Positions 1 to 11,422 are shown, counted from the first letter of the stretch. The stretch is DNA of 64,000 nucleotides from Acholeplasmataceae bacterium (GCA_963675245.1 OY775910.1:1216001-1280000), one strand, 5' to 3'. Notes: generated from the letters alone by a model not told the origin. A program made the numbers and translations.

Positions 1-230
1 ATTTTATTATGCAGGCATTACTCAATCATGATCCATTCTTGGTCATGAAAGATTTTGCAAGTTATGTGGAAGCACATGAACGTGCCAATGAAGCCTATAA
101 GGATCAAAAAGGTTGGTTACACAAGTCGATTATGAATATCGCACATTCAGGTTATTTCACATCTGATCGTACGATTAAAAGCTATAACGATGAGATTTGG
201 CATCTCACCCCAATAACGTTCAATAAATAG
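1..230 (+). CDS. glgP: Glycogen/maltodextrin phosphorylase, C-terminal end (truncated by window start)
   Basis: DPFLVMKDFASY...SGYFTSDRTIKSYNDEIW matches the phosphorylase C-terminal signature; alpha-glucan gene context. Confidence 0.85.
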   Translation, partial: FIMQALLNHDPFLVMKDFASYVEAHERANEAYKDQKGWLHKSIMNIAHSGYFTSDRTIKSYNDEIWHLTPITFNK

Positions 231-242
231 GAAGTGATTCAT

Positions 243-1535
243 ATGGCGAAGCACACACCTATATCGCTTCGTAATTACACGTTTTACCAAGTATTTCCAA
301 GACAGCATTCTAACACACAAGATTTTAAAGGTGTGATCAATGATTTAGATCGCATTAAATCATTAGGTGTTGATGTTCTTTATCTATTGCCAATTCATCC
401 TATTGGAAAAAAGATGCGTAAAGGCTCTAAGGGGAGCCCTTACGCTGTTTTTGATTACTATGAAATTGATGAAGCTTATGGCACGTTAGCTGATTTTGAT
501 CATTTAATAGAAGAGGCTCATAAGCGCGATTTAAAGGTCATGATTGATATCGTGATTAATCACACCGCTAAAGATTCTGTGCTCACAATAAAACATCCAG
601 ATTGGTTTTATCATAAAGATAATGGTGACTTCGCCAATCGTGTAGGTGATTGGAGCGATATCACTGATCTTCATTATGATAATCATGCTGTTTGGGATTA
701 TATGATCAATATGCTCAGTTATTGGGCAAAACATGTTGACGGATTTAGATGTGATGTAGCACCATTAATTCCGATTGATTTTTGGATGACAGCACGACAA
801 AGAATTGATCAAATTAATCCAAATCTTATTTGGTTATCTGAATCAGTTCATCCTTCATTTATTAAATATTTAAGAGATTTAGGTTATGATTGTTCAACAG
901 ACTCACAAATCTATCAAGCGTTTGACATCGCGTATGATTATGATATTTTTGAGCATATGGAAAACTATTTAAAAGACCCATCAAAGTTATCTATATGGAT
1001 GGAAGAAATATATCGTCAAGAAACAATGTATCCTAAAAACTATGTGAAACTCAGAAGTTTTGAAAATCATGATCAAGAAAGATTACACCACCGCACGAGA
1101 GATGATGATCATTTTAACATGATGGTTGCATTATCATTTTTCCTAAAAGGGGCAGGTTTTATTTATGCAGGTCAAGAACATATGGTTGATAAAAGACCAG
1201 ATTTATTTGAAGATGATTTAGTTAAATGGAATAAAAATCGCTCTATTGAGACATTTATCCAAAAACTAACAAACATAAAAAAAGATCCAATGTTCATGTC
1301 AGCTAACTTTCACTTGCACGATCATAAGACATCTGTCGTCTTATCATATGAACATGAAAAGAGTGCTTTAGTCGGCATTTTCAATTTGGAAAACGATGAC
1401 TCAATACGCGTACCTTTAGTAGATGGTACTTATAAAAATATAATAGACCAGCAAGAGATTGTTGTTAAAGAAGGCATAACGCCAGGTTTGAATAAACCGA
1501 TAATGATTAAAACAAATAAGGATAATTACAAATGA
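243..1535 (+). CDS. GH13 alpha-amylase family glycosyl hydrolase
   Basis: GH13 regions DIVINH, DGFRCDVA, ENHD; ATG 243 after GGAAG. Confidence 0.85.
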   Translation: MAKHTPISLRNYTFYQVFPRQHSNTQDFKGVINDLDRIKSLGVDVLYLLPIHPIGKKMRKGSKGSPYAVFDYYEIDEAYGTLADFDHLIEEAHKRDLKVMIDIVINHTAKDSVLTIKHPDWFYHKDNGDFANRVGDWSDITDLHYDNHAVWDYMINMLSYWAKHVDGFRCDVAPLIPIDFWMTARQRIDQINPNLIWLSESVHPSFIKYLRDLGYDCSTDSQIYQAFDIAYDYDIFEHMENYLKDPSKLSIWMEEIYRQETMYPKNYVKLRSFENHDQERLHHRTRDDDHFNMMVALSFFLKGAGFIYAGQEHMVDKRPDLFEDDLVKWNKNRSIETFIQKLTNIKKDPMFMSANFHLHDHKTSVVLSYEHEKSALVGIFNLENDDSIRVPLVDGTYKNIIDQQEIVVKEGITPGLNKPIMIKTNKDNYK

Positions 1536-3490
1536 AGGCTTTCATAGATGAACTACGCGTCATACGCATTGAAACAGATCAATATATCACACATATTAGT
1601 GCAGGTGATTTAATTCTATCATGGGTGAAAAACGACAACGGTAATCAATATTTTAAAACAGATAAAGATATTGATATTCATGAGATTGAATCAATCAATG
1701 TCGATGGACAAACAATTCATTTGCATATCGGGCTTGTTACACTCACGGATGCGTTCGATAAAAAATATCAATACGATGGACCACTTGGTGTATTTTACAC
1801 CCATTTTTACACTGATTTTTATTTGTTTACACCTGTGGCTCGAGAAGTCAATTTAGTCATCGGTAATAAAACATATCCGACACTTTATCAAGATGGTGTC
1901 CGTTATGTACGCATTCATGGTGATTTAGAAGGCAAAAGATATTATTATCGTGTTAGACTTGAAGAGACATGGTATAACGTCAAAGATCCATATGCTAATG
2001 CACAAGGATTAGCCGGTAATTATATCATTGATTGGGATAAGACCATTCAAAGTCCAAAAACACCTATTAAATTAAAAAAATATGTGGACGCTGTTATATA
2101 TGAAGGTCATGTCAGAGATATGACAGTTAACTTAGACGTTGAACATAAAGGCACATTTAATGGTTTATATGATCATAGTAAACACCTAAATATGCGCGTC
2201 ATTGATTATGTCAAACATTTGGGGATCACTCATTTACAATTATTACCAGTCTATGATTTCGAATTAGTCGATGAACTAAAGAAAAATAAACGATACAATT
2301 GGGGATATAATCCAAGTCAATATTTTTGTCTTGAAGGTTGGTATGCCGTTGATCCACAAGATCCATATGACCGAATTAACGCGTTTAAAACACTGATTAA
2401 TGAAGCACACCAGATTGGACTAGGTATCAATATGGATGTCGTTTATAATCATGTCTTCAACAATCATACATTCCCTTATGACTATTTAGTACCTGGGTAT
2501 TTTTATCGTCACGATGAAAATCACAAAATGACAGATAGTTCTTATTGTGGTAATGATTTAGAAACAAGACATTATATGGTTAGAAGACTGATTAAAGATA
2601 GTCTTATACAATGGGCAGATGTTTTTAAAGTAGATGGTTTTAGGTTCGATCTTATGGGATTGATGGATGTTAAAACCATGAAAGATATTGAAGTAGCTTT
2701 AAAGAAAATTAATCCAAGTGTCATGCTTTATGGTGAAGGTTGGAATATGGATAACGCCATGAAACCTAATGAGCGTGCCAATCAACATAATCAAAGCAAG
2801 TTTAAGACATACGCTCATTTCAATGATTTTTTTAGAAATACCTTAAAAGGAGAACTCCATAGCCCACAACCTGGCTTTTCAATGGGTAACCACCGCTTAA
2901 TACAACGTGCAATGACAGGTTTGATTGGTAGTCCTCATATGTTTTCATCACCAACACAATCTATTAACTATGTGGAATGTCATGATAATTTAACGTATTA
3001 TGATGCCGAAGTATTAAAAGGTTTTCAAGTCACAGATTTAAAAGTGTCTGCGGATCTCGCAATGCATATGATCGCGATATCACAAGGTATTCCTTTTTAT
3101 CACGCGGGTCAAGAATTCTATCGTACAAAAAAAGGTGTGGAGAATTCATTTGAATCACCAGATGAGATTAATCAAATCATTTGGCGAGATAAAGAAGAAG
3201 CTGTTACAAAATTAAAAAAACTCTTAAAAATCAGAAAGCGATTTGGTTTATATCGTTTAGCAAGTTATAATGAAGAGAAAGTCTCTGTGAAAAAAGAAGG
3301 TAAACTCATCGTTTACACTTTACAAGATGATAAAAACATGCTTATTCACTATATTAAGAACTATTTTGGTCTTGAAAGCTTACCATTAAATCAAGGTAAA
3401 CTCATATTTCCTTCTCAAAAAGCACTAACTGAGGAAAGACACATCTATGTCGATCAACCTGGGATTTACATCGTTCACATTAAGAAGTAG
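1532..3490 (+). CDS. pulA: Type I pullulanase (GH13)
   Basis: YNWGYNP, DVVYNH, DGFRFDLMG, YVECHDN motifs. Confidence 0.88.
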   Translation: MKAFIDELRVIRIETDQYITHISAGDLILSWVKNDNGNQYFKTDKDIDIHEIESINVDGQTIHLHIGLVTLTDAFDKKYQYDGPLGVFYTHFYTDFYLFTPVAREVNLVIGNKTYPTLYQDGVRYVRIHGDLEGKRYYYRVRLEETWYNVKDPYANAQGLAGNYIIDWDKTIQSPKTPIKLKKYVDAVIYEGHVRDMTVNLDVEHKGTFNGLYDHSKHLNMRVIDYVKHLGITHLQLLPVYDFELVDELKKNKRYNWGYNPSQYFCLEGWYAVDPQDPYDRINAFKTLINEAHQIGLGINMDVVYNHVFNNHTFPYDYLVPGYFYRHDENHKMTDSSYCGNDLETRHYMVRRLIKDSLIQWADVFKVDGFRFDLMGLMDVKTMKDIEVALKKINPSVMLYGEGWNMDNAMKPNERANQHNQSKFKTYAHFNDFFRNTLKGELHSPQPGFSMGNHRLIQRAMTGLIGSPHMFSSPTQSINYVECHDNLTYYDAEVLKGFQVTDLKVSADLAMHMIAISQGIPFYHAGQEFYRTKKGVENSFESPDEINQIIWRDKEEAVTKLKKLLKIRKRFGLYRLASYNEEKVSVKKEGKLIVYTLQDDKNMLIHYIKNYFGLESLPLNQGKLIFPSQKALTEERHIYVDQPGIYIVHIKK

Positions 3491-3502
3491 TGGGGTATAA
3501 TT

Positions 3503-5350
3503 ATGCGCATGATGAATGATCATGACATCCAAGCATTTTTAAATGGTAATAGCGATAACGCGCACCTGTTTTTAGGTGCGCATTTAATTAAAAATAATCT
3601 AAATGACGTCATCGCTACTGAATTTAGTGTGTATGCGCCACACGCAAAAGAAGTTAGATTAGTGAGTGATTTCAATGGTTATGAAGGATGGAAGCATGTC
3701 TTAACAAAAGTGCATCCACTTGGCTTTTATCGGATTGAAATACCAGGTAATTATGAATGGGCAACCTACAAATATGAAATTCATACACATCATGGCGATG
3801 TTTTGTATAAAGCAGATCCATTTGCTTACTTCGCAGAAGAAAGACCTGCGACTGGTAGTAAGGTTTATCATATAGATGGTTATTTGTGGCACGATCAAAA
3901 GTGGTATTATGAAAAGAAAAAACCTTATCAAGAACCTCTTTTAATTTATGAAGTACATCTTGGTTCATGGCGTCGTAAATATGGCATGTTTAAAAAATAC
4001 AATGACATTGTCGATGAACTGGCTGATTACGTGATATCACATGGATTTACGCATGTCGAATTATTGCCGATTTATGAATATCCATTAGATGATTCATGGG
4101 GTTACCAAGGTACTGGGTTCTTCGCTGCGACATCTCGTTATGGTGTACCACAAGACTTTATGTATTTCGTTGATAAAATGCATGAAAAAGGTATTGGTGT
4201 CATTATGGATTGGGTATTAGGCCATATCTGTAAAGATGCTCATGGCATATCCTATTTTGATGGCTCACCACTTTATGAATTTGAGGATCAAAAGCGAAGA
4301 GAGAATGTTGTTTGGGGAACCAATAATTTAGATTTTTCTAAAGGTATCACGAAAAGTTTTATGCGTTCAGCGTTAACTTTTTGGATGGATTATTATCATA
4401 TTGATGGTTTTAGAATTGATGCTGTATCGAATTTGATCTATTATTTAGGAGATTCAAACATTGGTGAAAACAAGGACGCGATAAATTACTTAAGAGCATT
4501 ATCTGCTCATTTATTTGCTAAAGATGATCGTGTTTTATTTATGGCAGAAGATTCCACTGCTTATCCTAAAGTGACACATCCTGTTGATACAGGTGGCATT
4601 GGATTCAATTATAAATGGAACATGGGATTCATGAATGATGTTTTAAAGTATTTTAAAGAGGATGCAATTTATAGAAAATATCATCATGACAACATCACTT
4701 TTGGTTTAGTCTACGCATTTAATGAACAGTTCATTCTGCCTTTTTCACATGATGAAGTCGTTCATATGAAAGGTAGTTTAGTCTCAAGAATGCCTGGTGA
4801 TTATTTTCAACAATTAGCCAACTGGCGATTACTCATGACGTTATGGATGACACACCCAGGTAAAAAACTATTATTTATGGGTGGCGAGTTTGCACAATTT
4901 AGTGAATGGGCTTTTAAAAGCGAATTAGATTGGCATTTACTTAACTATTCAGCACACCAAAAAGCGAATCGATTCTTTAAAGATTTAGCACTTGTTTATC
5001 GGCACCATGAAGCCTTATTCAGTAAAGATCATATGCCTGAAGGTTTTAAATGGTTAGTGCCTGATGATAAGAATCAAAGTGTGTTCGCGTATGCCAGATT
5101 TGGATATGATGAAACACTCGTTATCATTTTAAATATGACACCAAATGTACATGAATTTTATGATATACCCGTACCACAATATGGCTATTATGAAGAAATA
5201 TTAAACAGTGACAAAGCAATCTATTTCGGATCAGATCAATATAATGGAAAGACATTAAGAGCAATTAAAGGTGACAGATTAGGATTTAAACATTATATTA
5301 GACCAAAATTAGGACCTTTATCAGCGATGATTTTAACATTAAAAAAATGA
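3503..5350 (+). CDS. glgB: 1,4-alpha-glucan branching enzyme
   Basis: IYEVHLGSW, SWGYQ, DGFRIDAV, AEDST, SHDEVVH, HPGKKLLFMG. Confidence 0.93.
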   Translation: MRMMNDHDIQAFLNGNSDNAHLFLGAHLIKNNLNDVIATEFSVYAPHAKEVRLVSDFNGYEGWKHVLTKVHPLGFYRIEIPGNYEWATYKYEIHTHHGDVLYKADPFAYFAEERPATGSKVYHIDGYLWHDQKWYYEKKKPYQEPLLIYEVHLGSWRRKYGMFKKYNDIVDELADYVISHGFTHVELLPIYEYPLDDSWGYQGTGFFAATSRYGVPQDFMYFVDKMHEKGIGVIMDWVLGHICKDAHGISYFDGSPLYEFEDQKRRENVVWGTNNLDFSKGITKSFMRSALTFWMDYYHIDGFRIDAVSNLIYYLGDSNIGENKDAINYLRALSAHLFAKDDRVLFMAEDSTAYPKVTHPVDTGGIGFNYKWNMGFMNDVLKYFKEDAIYRKYHHDNITFGLVYAFNEQFILPFSHDEVVHMKGSLVSRMPGDYFQQLANWRLLMTLWMTHPGKKLLFMGGEFAQFSEWAFKSELDWHLLNYSAHQKANRFFKDLALVYRHHEALFSKDHMPEGFKWLVPDDKNQSVFAYARFGYDETLVIILNMTPNVHEFYDIPVPQYGYYEEILNSDKAIYFGSDQYNGKTLRAIKGDRLGFKHYIRPKLGPLSAMILTLKK

Positions 5351-5376
5351 CCAAGGTAATTCACCTTGGTCTTTTC
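5349..5376. terminator. Intrinsic terminator between convergent glgB and LacI genes
   Basis: GACCAAGGT-AATTC-ACCTTGGTC followed by TTTT. Confidence 0.75.
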
Positions 5377-5377
5377 A

Positions 5378-6349
5378 TTATTTGGTTGATGATCTTTCTA
5401 TGAGTTTTACATCGACAATATCATGAAGTGGATCTAGTTCTAAACCATTCATGAGTTTGGTAAGATTAATAAGTGATTGTTTACCCATAAATTTAATTGA
5501 TTGATGGATGGTTGTAATAGGTGGTGTGACCCATTTCGCAAAAGGGGTATCATCATATCCGATTAAAGACACATCATGTGGTACTTTTTTACCTAACTTT
5601 TGTAAGGTATGAAGTGTTGAAAGTGCAAGTGTATCAGTGAATGCAATAATCCCATCAACTTGTGGACTATTGGTAATGACGTCTTCCATCATTTTTGTAT
5701 CTGGATTTAATAAATCAAAATCATACATATTCGCAAATATATTATTTTGTTTTAGAACATTTAATACACCGATGGTGCGTTCCATTGTTGTTAAAAGAAA
5801 TGAAGGACCTCTAAAGAGAAGTATCTTTTTCGCGCCTGCTTTAACTAAACGATTCGCAGCAAGTTCTCCACCTTTAATATTATCTGATGTGATGGATGGA
5901 ATATTTTCATCTAAAATATGATCAACGGTAATGGTGGGGATCTTTAATTCAAGTAAGCGATCTTTACTGGTAAAGTTGGAAGCGACAATTAAACCTTCGA
6001 TATTATATTGTTCAAAGAATTTCAAATATTCTATTTCACGTTCTGGGTCATCTTGTGTGTGACAGAACATGATTTTATAACCGTTGGTTGCGGCTTGTGA
6101 TTCGATTCCTTCTAAGAGTTCACCATAAAATGATGGTCCAATATGGGGGACGATAACACCTACAATTTTTGAACTATGACTTGTTAAACTTCTCGCTAAT
6201 TGATTAGGAATAAAGCCAAGTTCTTCGATCGTTTGATTAACTAGTATTTTCGTTTCTTCATGGACGTAACCTTTTTGATTAATCACACGAGAAACAGTTG
6301 ATACACTGACATTGGCTTTTTTAGCCACATCTCTAATGGTAGGTTTCAT
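5378..6349 (-). CDS. LacI family transcriptional regulator
   Basis: N-terminal TIRDVAKKANVSVSTVSRVIN HTH plus periplasmic-binding-type domain. Confidence 0.93.
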   Translation of the reverse strand: MKPTIRDVAKKANVSVSTVSRVINQKGYVHEETKILVNQTIEELGFIPNQLARSLTSHSSKIVGVIVPHIGPSFYGELLEGIESQAATNGYKIMFCHTQDDPEREIEYLKFFEQYNIEGLIVASNFTSKDRLLELKIPTITVDHILDENIPSITSDNIKGGELAANRLVKAGAKKILLFRGPSFLLTTMERTIGVLNVLKQNNIFANMYDFDLLNPDTKMMEDVITNSPQVDGIIAFTDTLALSTLHTLQKLGKKVPHDVSLIGYDDTPFAKWVTPPITTIHQSIKFMGKQSLINLTKLMNGLELDPLHDIVDVKLIERSSTK

Positions 6350-8142
6350 TATTCATCACTCCTCAATAACATGTAAGAATCGTATGGTTCTAATGTTATT
6401 TTATCATGAATGATGTGTTTTTCTTTTGTTATTAAATTAATATATGTGCCTTGTAAATCAGAAGGGATTAATAAATCATATGCGTTTTCTTGATTTAAGA
6501 TGATGAGTATATCTGAAGTTTCATCTGTTTTTCGATAAGCTAGAATATCACCAGATAAGAAATTGTAATCTGCTTGATGAAGCGCTCTATAGGTTTTTCT
6601 TAAGGAAATTAACGTGTTAATGAAAGATTTAAAATCATGATCCCATTGGGATTCATCCCAAATCATACAACGTCGATTATCAGGATCTTGTTCACCCGTC
6701 ATACCAATTTCATCACCATAGTAAACGGAAGGTGTGCCAAGAGATGAAAACATCCAAATGAAGGCTTGTTTTTCTCTTTTAACATCATCCTTTAAACGTC
6801 TTTTAATACGTACTTGATCATGTGTACCAACAAGGTTATACATATTCTCTAAAATGTTTTTAGGTGTATGTGATAAATAGTCTTGAATGCGGTCTCTAAA
6901 ATCAGAAACACTTATTTTATGTTCTAAAAATTTCCAGACATGATGAATTAAATCATAGTTCATCACAGCATCCATCTGATCACCTTGAAGCCAAGGCATC
7001 GCGTAATCCATGTTTTCACCTAAAACAAACACATCATCATTAATACCTTTAACAGTGTCCATGATTTGTCTTAAGAAGCGATGACTAATCTCATTAGAAA
7101 CATCTAATCTCCAACCATCAACACCTAGTTTAGTCCAGTAAGCAATCGCGCCAAGAAGATATTCCTGAGTTTTTGGACTTGCAGTGTTCCATTTAGGCAT
7201 ATGTGCACTATAACCAAAAGATTTAAAATGAGGTCTTAAAGCGAACTTATAGTTAGGTCTACCGTTTTTATCCAGTTCAAAGTTAGCTACCGGATATTGA
7301 TCAATATAAAAACACTCTCTATAAGGACTTTGTTCACCATTTTTAACGACATCTAAAAACCATGGGTGCATATAATCAGCATGATTAAACACACCATCAA
7401 TCATGATTTTAATACCTCTTGCATGTGCTTGTTCAATGAGCACTTTAAAATCTTCGGTTGTGCCAATTAATGGATCAATCTTGTAATAATCAATGGTGTC
7501 ATATTTATGTGCAGACGGTGATTCGAAAATTGGATTTAAATAAATACCTGAAAACCCCATATCCTTAATATAATCCAACTGATCGATAATCCCTTTTAAA
7601 TTACCACCATATAATTCATGATTGTTGACGGGTAATTTACCCCACTTCAATTTAGAAGGACTATCAATACGGTTAAAACGATCAGGAAATATTTGATACC
7701 AAATGGTTTCTTTTACCCAGGAAGGCGCTTTATTATTATCCTCTCTATGGATAAATGGATAATTGAAGTATTCTGATAAATCGTATGCACCATATAAATC
7801 ATCTTTGCCGGATAACAAATAACATCCGGCTGTACCGAAAAAGAAGAGGTCTTCACCTTTCTTAAGTGTAAAAGCATATTTGGAACGTAAATCTTTAGGT
7901 TTGATCGCGATAAAATAGTAGTCAAATACACTCGTTTTATAGCGTGCTGACATAGGTTTAATATCATGACTCCAAACGATGGTTTTATCATCATTTTTCT
8001 TCCAATCGAAAGGGTCACCATAGATAATGTTCACCGCATCCCAATCGTCATGTGCAGTTCGAAGAAGGATGTGAAGTGTTTCGTTGTCGTAGGCGTAAGC
8101 ATATTCTGATTTTGCTTGATGCCAAATTGCTGAAATATTCAT
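6349..8142 (-). CDS. Neopullulanase/cyclomaltodextrinase (GH13 with N-domain)
   Basis: WYQIFPDRF, DGVFNH, DGWRLDVSNE, DPDNRRCM; start refined to ATG 8142 (MNISAIWH). Confidence 0.85.
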   Translation of the reverse strand: MNISAIWHQAKSEYAYAYDNETLHILLRTAHDDWDAVNIIYGDPFDWKKNDDKTIVWSHDIKPMSARYKTSVFDYYFIAIKPKDLRSKYAFTLKKGEDLFFFGTAGCYLLSGKDDLYGAYDLSEYFNYPFIHREDNNKAPSWVKETIWYQIFPDRFNRIDSPSKLKWGKLPVNNHELYGGNLKGIIDQLDYIKDMGFSGIYLNPIFESPSAHKYDTIDYYKIDPLIGTTEDFKVLIEQAHARGIKIMIDGVFNHADYMHPWFLDVVKNGEQSPYRECFYIDQYPVANFELDKNGRPNYKFALRPHFKSFGYSAHMPKWNTASPKTQEYLLGAIAYWTKLGVDGWRLDVSNEISHRFLRQIMDTVKGINDDVFVLGENMDYAMPWLQGDQMDAVMNYDLIHHVWKFLEHKISVSDFRDRIQDYLSHTPKNILENMYNLVGTHDQVRIKRRLKDDVKREKQAFIWMFSSLGTPSVYYGDEIGMTGEQDPDNRRCMIWDESQWDHDFKSFINTLISLRKTYRALHQADYNFLSGDILAYRKTDETSDILIILNQENAYDLLIPSDLQGTYINLITKEKHIIHDKITLEPYDSYMLLRSDE

Positions 8143-8178
8143 AGTTATCACCAGTCTAATTATAGCATATTGCAAAAT

Positions 8179-8194
8179 ATGAAACCGCTAACAT
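8179..8194. promoter_or_regulatory. LacI/cre-type operator in divergent promoter region
   Basis: ATGAAACCGCTAACAT imperfect palindrome (TG..A.CG.T..CA) between divergent GH13 genes, next to a LacI gene. Confidence 0.6.
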
Positions 8195-8249
8195 CATTTT
8201 ATTAATCGAATACTATGATAAAATATTTACATAGTAAAAGGAGCATTTT

Positions 8250-9947
8250 ATGGTCAAAAAATGGTGGATGGAAAGTGTTGGTTATCAGATTTATCCGAAA
8301 AGCTTCTTTGACAGTAATGAAGATGGCATCGGTGATCTAAATGGTATTACTGAAAAGTTGTCATATTTACAATATTTAGGTATCAATCTGATCTGGATTG
8401 GCCCTTTTTATGACTCTCCAATGGATGACAATGGTTATGATGTCAGAGACTTTTATAAAGTCGATCAAACGTTTGGTACGATTGAAGACGCGAAAAGACT
8501 TATCGATGAAGCGCATAAATTGGGCATTAAGGTTATTTTAGATTATGTGTTAAACCATACATCTGATGAACATGAATGGTTTATTGAATCAAGAAAGAAT
8601 AAAGAAAATCCATATCGTGATTATTATATTTGGCACGATGGGAAAATCGTCAATGACAAACGCGTTGAACCAACCAATTGGGGATCGTTTTTTGGTGGTA
8701 GTGCGTGGTGTTATGATGAGCAAAGTGATAGTTATTACATGAAGATTTTTTCTGATAAAATGCCAGATCTCAATTGGGCAAACCCAATCGTTCGTGAAGA
8801 AATGATTAAGGTTGGACAATTTTGGTTGGACTTAGGTGCAGATGGCTTTAGAATTGATGCGGTATCACACTTAGATCGTGCACCTTTTATCGATATAAAT
8901 GACGATCAACACAAATATCCACTCGATTGGCATAAATTCTCAAATTTGCCTAAAGTACATACGTATTTAAAAGAGCTTAATGATAAACTTTTTAAACCAA
9001 ATCACATATTAACCATTGGTGAAGTTGGCGGAGAAGCAACCATTGAAAATGCGTTAAAATATGCGAGCTTCGAATCTAATGAAATGAATATGGTCTTTAA
9101 TTTTGATCACAACTGGTGTAACAATCTAAACGACGTAATGAATCCAAAAAAATTAAAAGTCGATGTGATAAACTTACGTTCTGTTTTCAAAAAGTGGCAT
9201 GACGCATTCGATGATAAAGGATGGTTACCGCTCAATTGGTTAAATCATGATCAACCGCGTTTAATTTCTCACTATGGACATTACAAATATAAAGTCGCCT
9301 CTGGCAAAATGCTAGCAACCGTCATTCACATGATGAGAGGAACACCTTTTATTTATCAAGGTGAAGAGATCGGGATGACCAATTATCCTTTTGAAGATGT
9401 CACTGACTTTAATGATCAATCATCGGTCGCGAACTATTATTATCAATTAGAGCATGTAACAGACGATCCGGTTTATGCGCTTAAAAAAGCGAGTTTAAAT
9501 TCACGAGATAACGGTAGAACACCGATGCAATGGGATGCTTCATATGCTGCTGGATTTACAAAAGGTGATCCTTGGTTTCATATCAACCCAAACTATAAAA
9601 AGATAAATGTTGAACAAAATATCCAACATGAAGATTCACTATTTCATCATTATCAAAAACTTATTCAACTAAGAAGAGAAAGTGACTATCATGATTTGAT
9701 TACTTATGGTACAATGACATTCATGGATCTTGATAATGCAGATTTATTAACTTATGAAAGATCATTAGATCATCGAAGATTATTAATTATTAATTCATTT
9801 TCAAAAGATAAAAAAACATATGATTTATCAGCCTATGATTGGGTATCAGTTGTATTAAACAACTATAAGAAAACACTGATTAAAGATAAAACAATTTATC
9901 TAAAACCATTTGAATCAGTTGTTTTGGAAGTTAAGGTGAAATTATGA
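8250..9947 (+). CDS. malL: Oligo-1,6-glucosidase/alpha-glucosidase (GH13)
   Basis: YQIYPKSFFDSN, DNGYD, NHTSDEHEWF, NHDQPR, SRDNGRTPMQW. Confidence 0.85.
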   Translation: MVKKWWMESVGYQIYPKSFFDSNEDGIGDLNGITEKLSYLQYLGINLIWIGPFYDSPMDDNGYDVRDFYKVDQTFGTIEDAKRLIDEAHKLGIKVILDYVLNHTSDEHEWFIESRKNKENPYRDYYIWHDGKIVNDKRVEPTNWGSFFGGSAWCYDEQSDSYYMKIFSDKMPDLNWANPIVREEMIKVGQFWLDLGADGFRIDAVSHLDRAPFIDINDDQHKYPLDWHKFSNLPKVHTYLKELNDKLFKPNHILTIGEVGGEATIENALKYASFESNEMNMVFNFDHNWCNNLNDVMNPKKLKVDVINLRSVFKKWHDAFDDKGWLPLNWLNHDQPRLISHYGHYKYKVASGKMLATVIHMMRGTPFIYQGEEIGMTNYPFEDVTDFNDQSSVANYYYQLEHVTDDPVYALKKASLNSRDNGRTPMQWDASYAAGFTKGDPWFHINPNYKKINVEQNIQHEDSLFHHYQKLIQLRRESDYHDLITYGTMTFMDLDNADLLTYERSLDHRRLLIINSFSKDKKTYDLSAYDWVSVVLNNYKKTLIKDKTIYLKPFESVVLEVKVKL

Positions 9948-11422
9948 GAAAAGCTGGCATATTAATGCACATATCAAGTTTACCAAGTCCTTATGGTATT
10001 GGCTCATATGGACAGGTTGCATTTGAGTTTGTTGATTTCTTACATGCTTCTGGTCAAACATGCTGGCAACTATTACCACTCGGTCCAACGTCTTATGGTG
10101 ATTCACCATACCAGACGTTTTCTGCATTCGCAAATAACCCCTATTTCATTGACTTAGATCTTCTAATTGAACAAGGATTATTAAGAAAGAATGAAGCGCG
10201 TACCTCAGGTGACAACCCGCTTTATGTTGATTATGAATCACTCTATAAAGATCGCTTTAGAGTGCTAAAAAAAGCTTTTTTAAGGTTTGATCAAAGTGAT
10301 GAATTATATCAACAATTTTTAAGAGATGAAGCACAATGGCTTGACGATTATGCTTTATTCATGTCGATTAAGCATGCCCATGGTGGTGATTCATGGTTAT
10401 ATTGGGGAGACGCAATTAGACTAAAAGAACCGCAAGTCATTCGTAATTTACAAGAACAATTAAAGGAAGAAATCGAATTTCACAAATTCATGCAATTTGA
10501 AGCAGGTAAGCAATATCAAGCATTGAAGATATACGCGAATGCAAGAGGTATTTCTATTATTGGTGATATGCCTATTTATGTCTCATATGACTCATCAGAT
10601 GTTTGGGCACACCCCGACATGTTTGATTTAGACGAAAAGAATTTGCCGAATGAGGTTGCAGGTGTTCCACCTGATAATTATTCGAGTAATGGTCAACTAT
10701 GGGGAAACCCTCTTTATAAATGGGATGATATGAAAGCTAAAGGATATCAATGGTGGATTGAAAGAGTCAGACATTCTGCAAAACTATTTGATATGATTAG
10801 AATCGATCACTTCATTGGATTCGTTAATTATTTCGCGGTTAAATATGGCGAAAAGACAGCAGTTAATGGTGTTTGGCGAAAAGGACCTGGTGATGATTTG
10901 TTTGATGCGATCAAGTCACAAATCAAAGGGGTACACATTATCGCTGAAGATTTAGGTGTAGTCACTCCTCCAGTTAGAGCCGCATTAAAAAGAACTGGAT
11001 TCCCTGGTATGAAATTATTACAATTCGCATTTGATGCGAGAGAATCAAGTGAATACTTACCATATTTCTATGAAAGAAATGTGATTGCTTATACAGGTAC
11101 ACATGATAATATGACCACAAAGACGTGGTTTAAATCGCTTCCTAAAGAGGACCTATCTTTCTGCCTAAAGTATATTAATCACACATCTGGAAGTCGTGTA
11201 GATAGTTTAATAAAAGCGACATTGGCTTGCGTTGCTGATACAGCTATTATTCCTATACAGGATTATCTACATTTAGGTAAAGAAGCAAGAATGAATATAC
11301 CTTCAACTCTCGGTGGTAATTGGGTTTGGCGTGTTAACAAAGAGGATCTTACCGAATCACTATCGACTAAAATTAAATCATTTACCTGTCTATATGGTAG
11401 ATGTCAAGAAAATGTGAAATAG
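9944..11422 (+). CDS. malQ: 4-alpha-glucanotransferase (amylomaltase, GH77)
   Basis: GILMHISSLP, GQLWGNPLY, RIDHF, AEDLG, YTGTHDN. Confidence 0.93.
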   Translation: MRKAGILMHISSLPSPYGIGSYGQVAFEFVDFLHASGQTCWQLLPLGPTSYGDSPYQTFSAFANNPYFIDLDLLIEQGLLRKNEARTSGDNPLYVDYESLYKDRFRVLKKAFLRFDQSDELYQQFLRDEAQWLDDYALFMSIKHAHGGDSWLYWGDAIRLKEPQVIRNLQEQLKEEIEFHKFMQFEAGKQYQALKIYANARGISIIGDMPIYVSYDSSDVWAHPDMFDLDEKNLPNEVAGVPPDNYSSNGQLWGNPLYKWDDMKAKGYQWWIERVRHSAKLFDMIRIDHFIGFVNYFAVKYGEKTAVNGVWRKGPGDDLFDAIKSQIKGVHIIAEDLGVVTPPVRAALKRTGFPGMKLLQFAFDARESSEYLPYFYERNVIAYTGTHDNMTTKTWFKSLPKEDLSFCLKYINHTSGSRVDSLIKATLACVADTAIIPIQDYLHLGKEARMNIPSTLGGNWVWRVNKEDLTESLSTKIKSFTCLYGRCQENVK

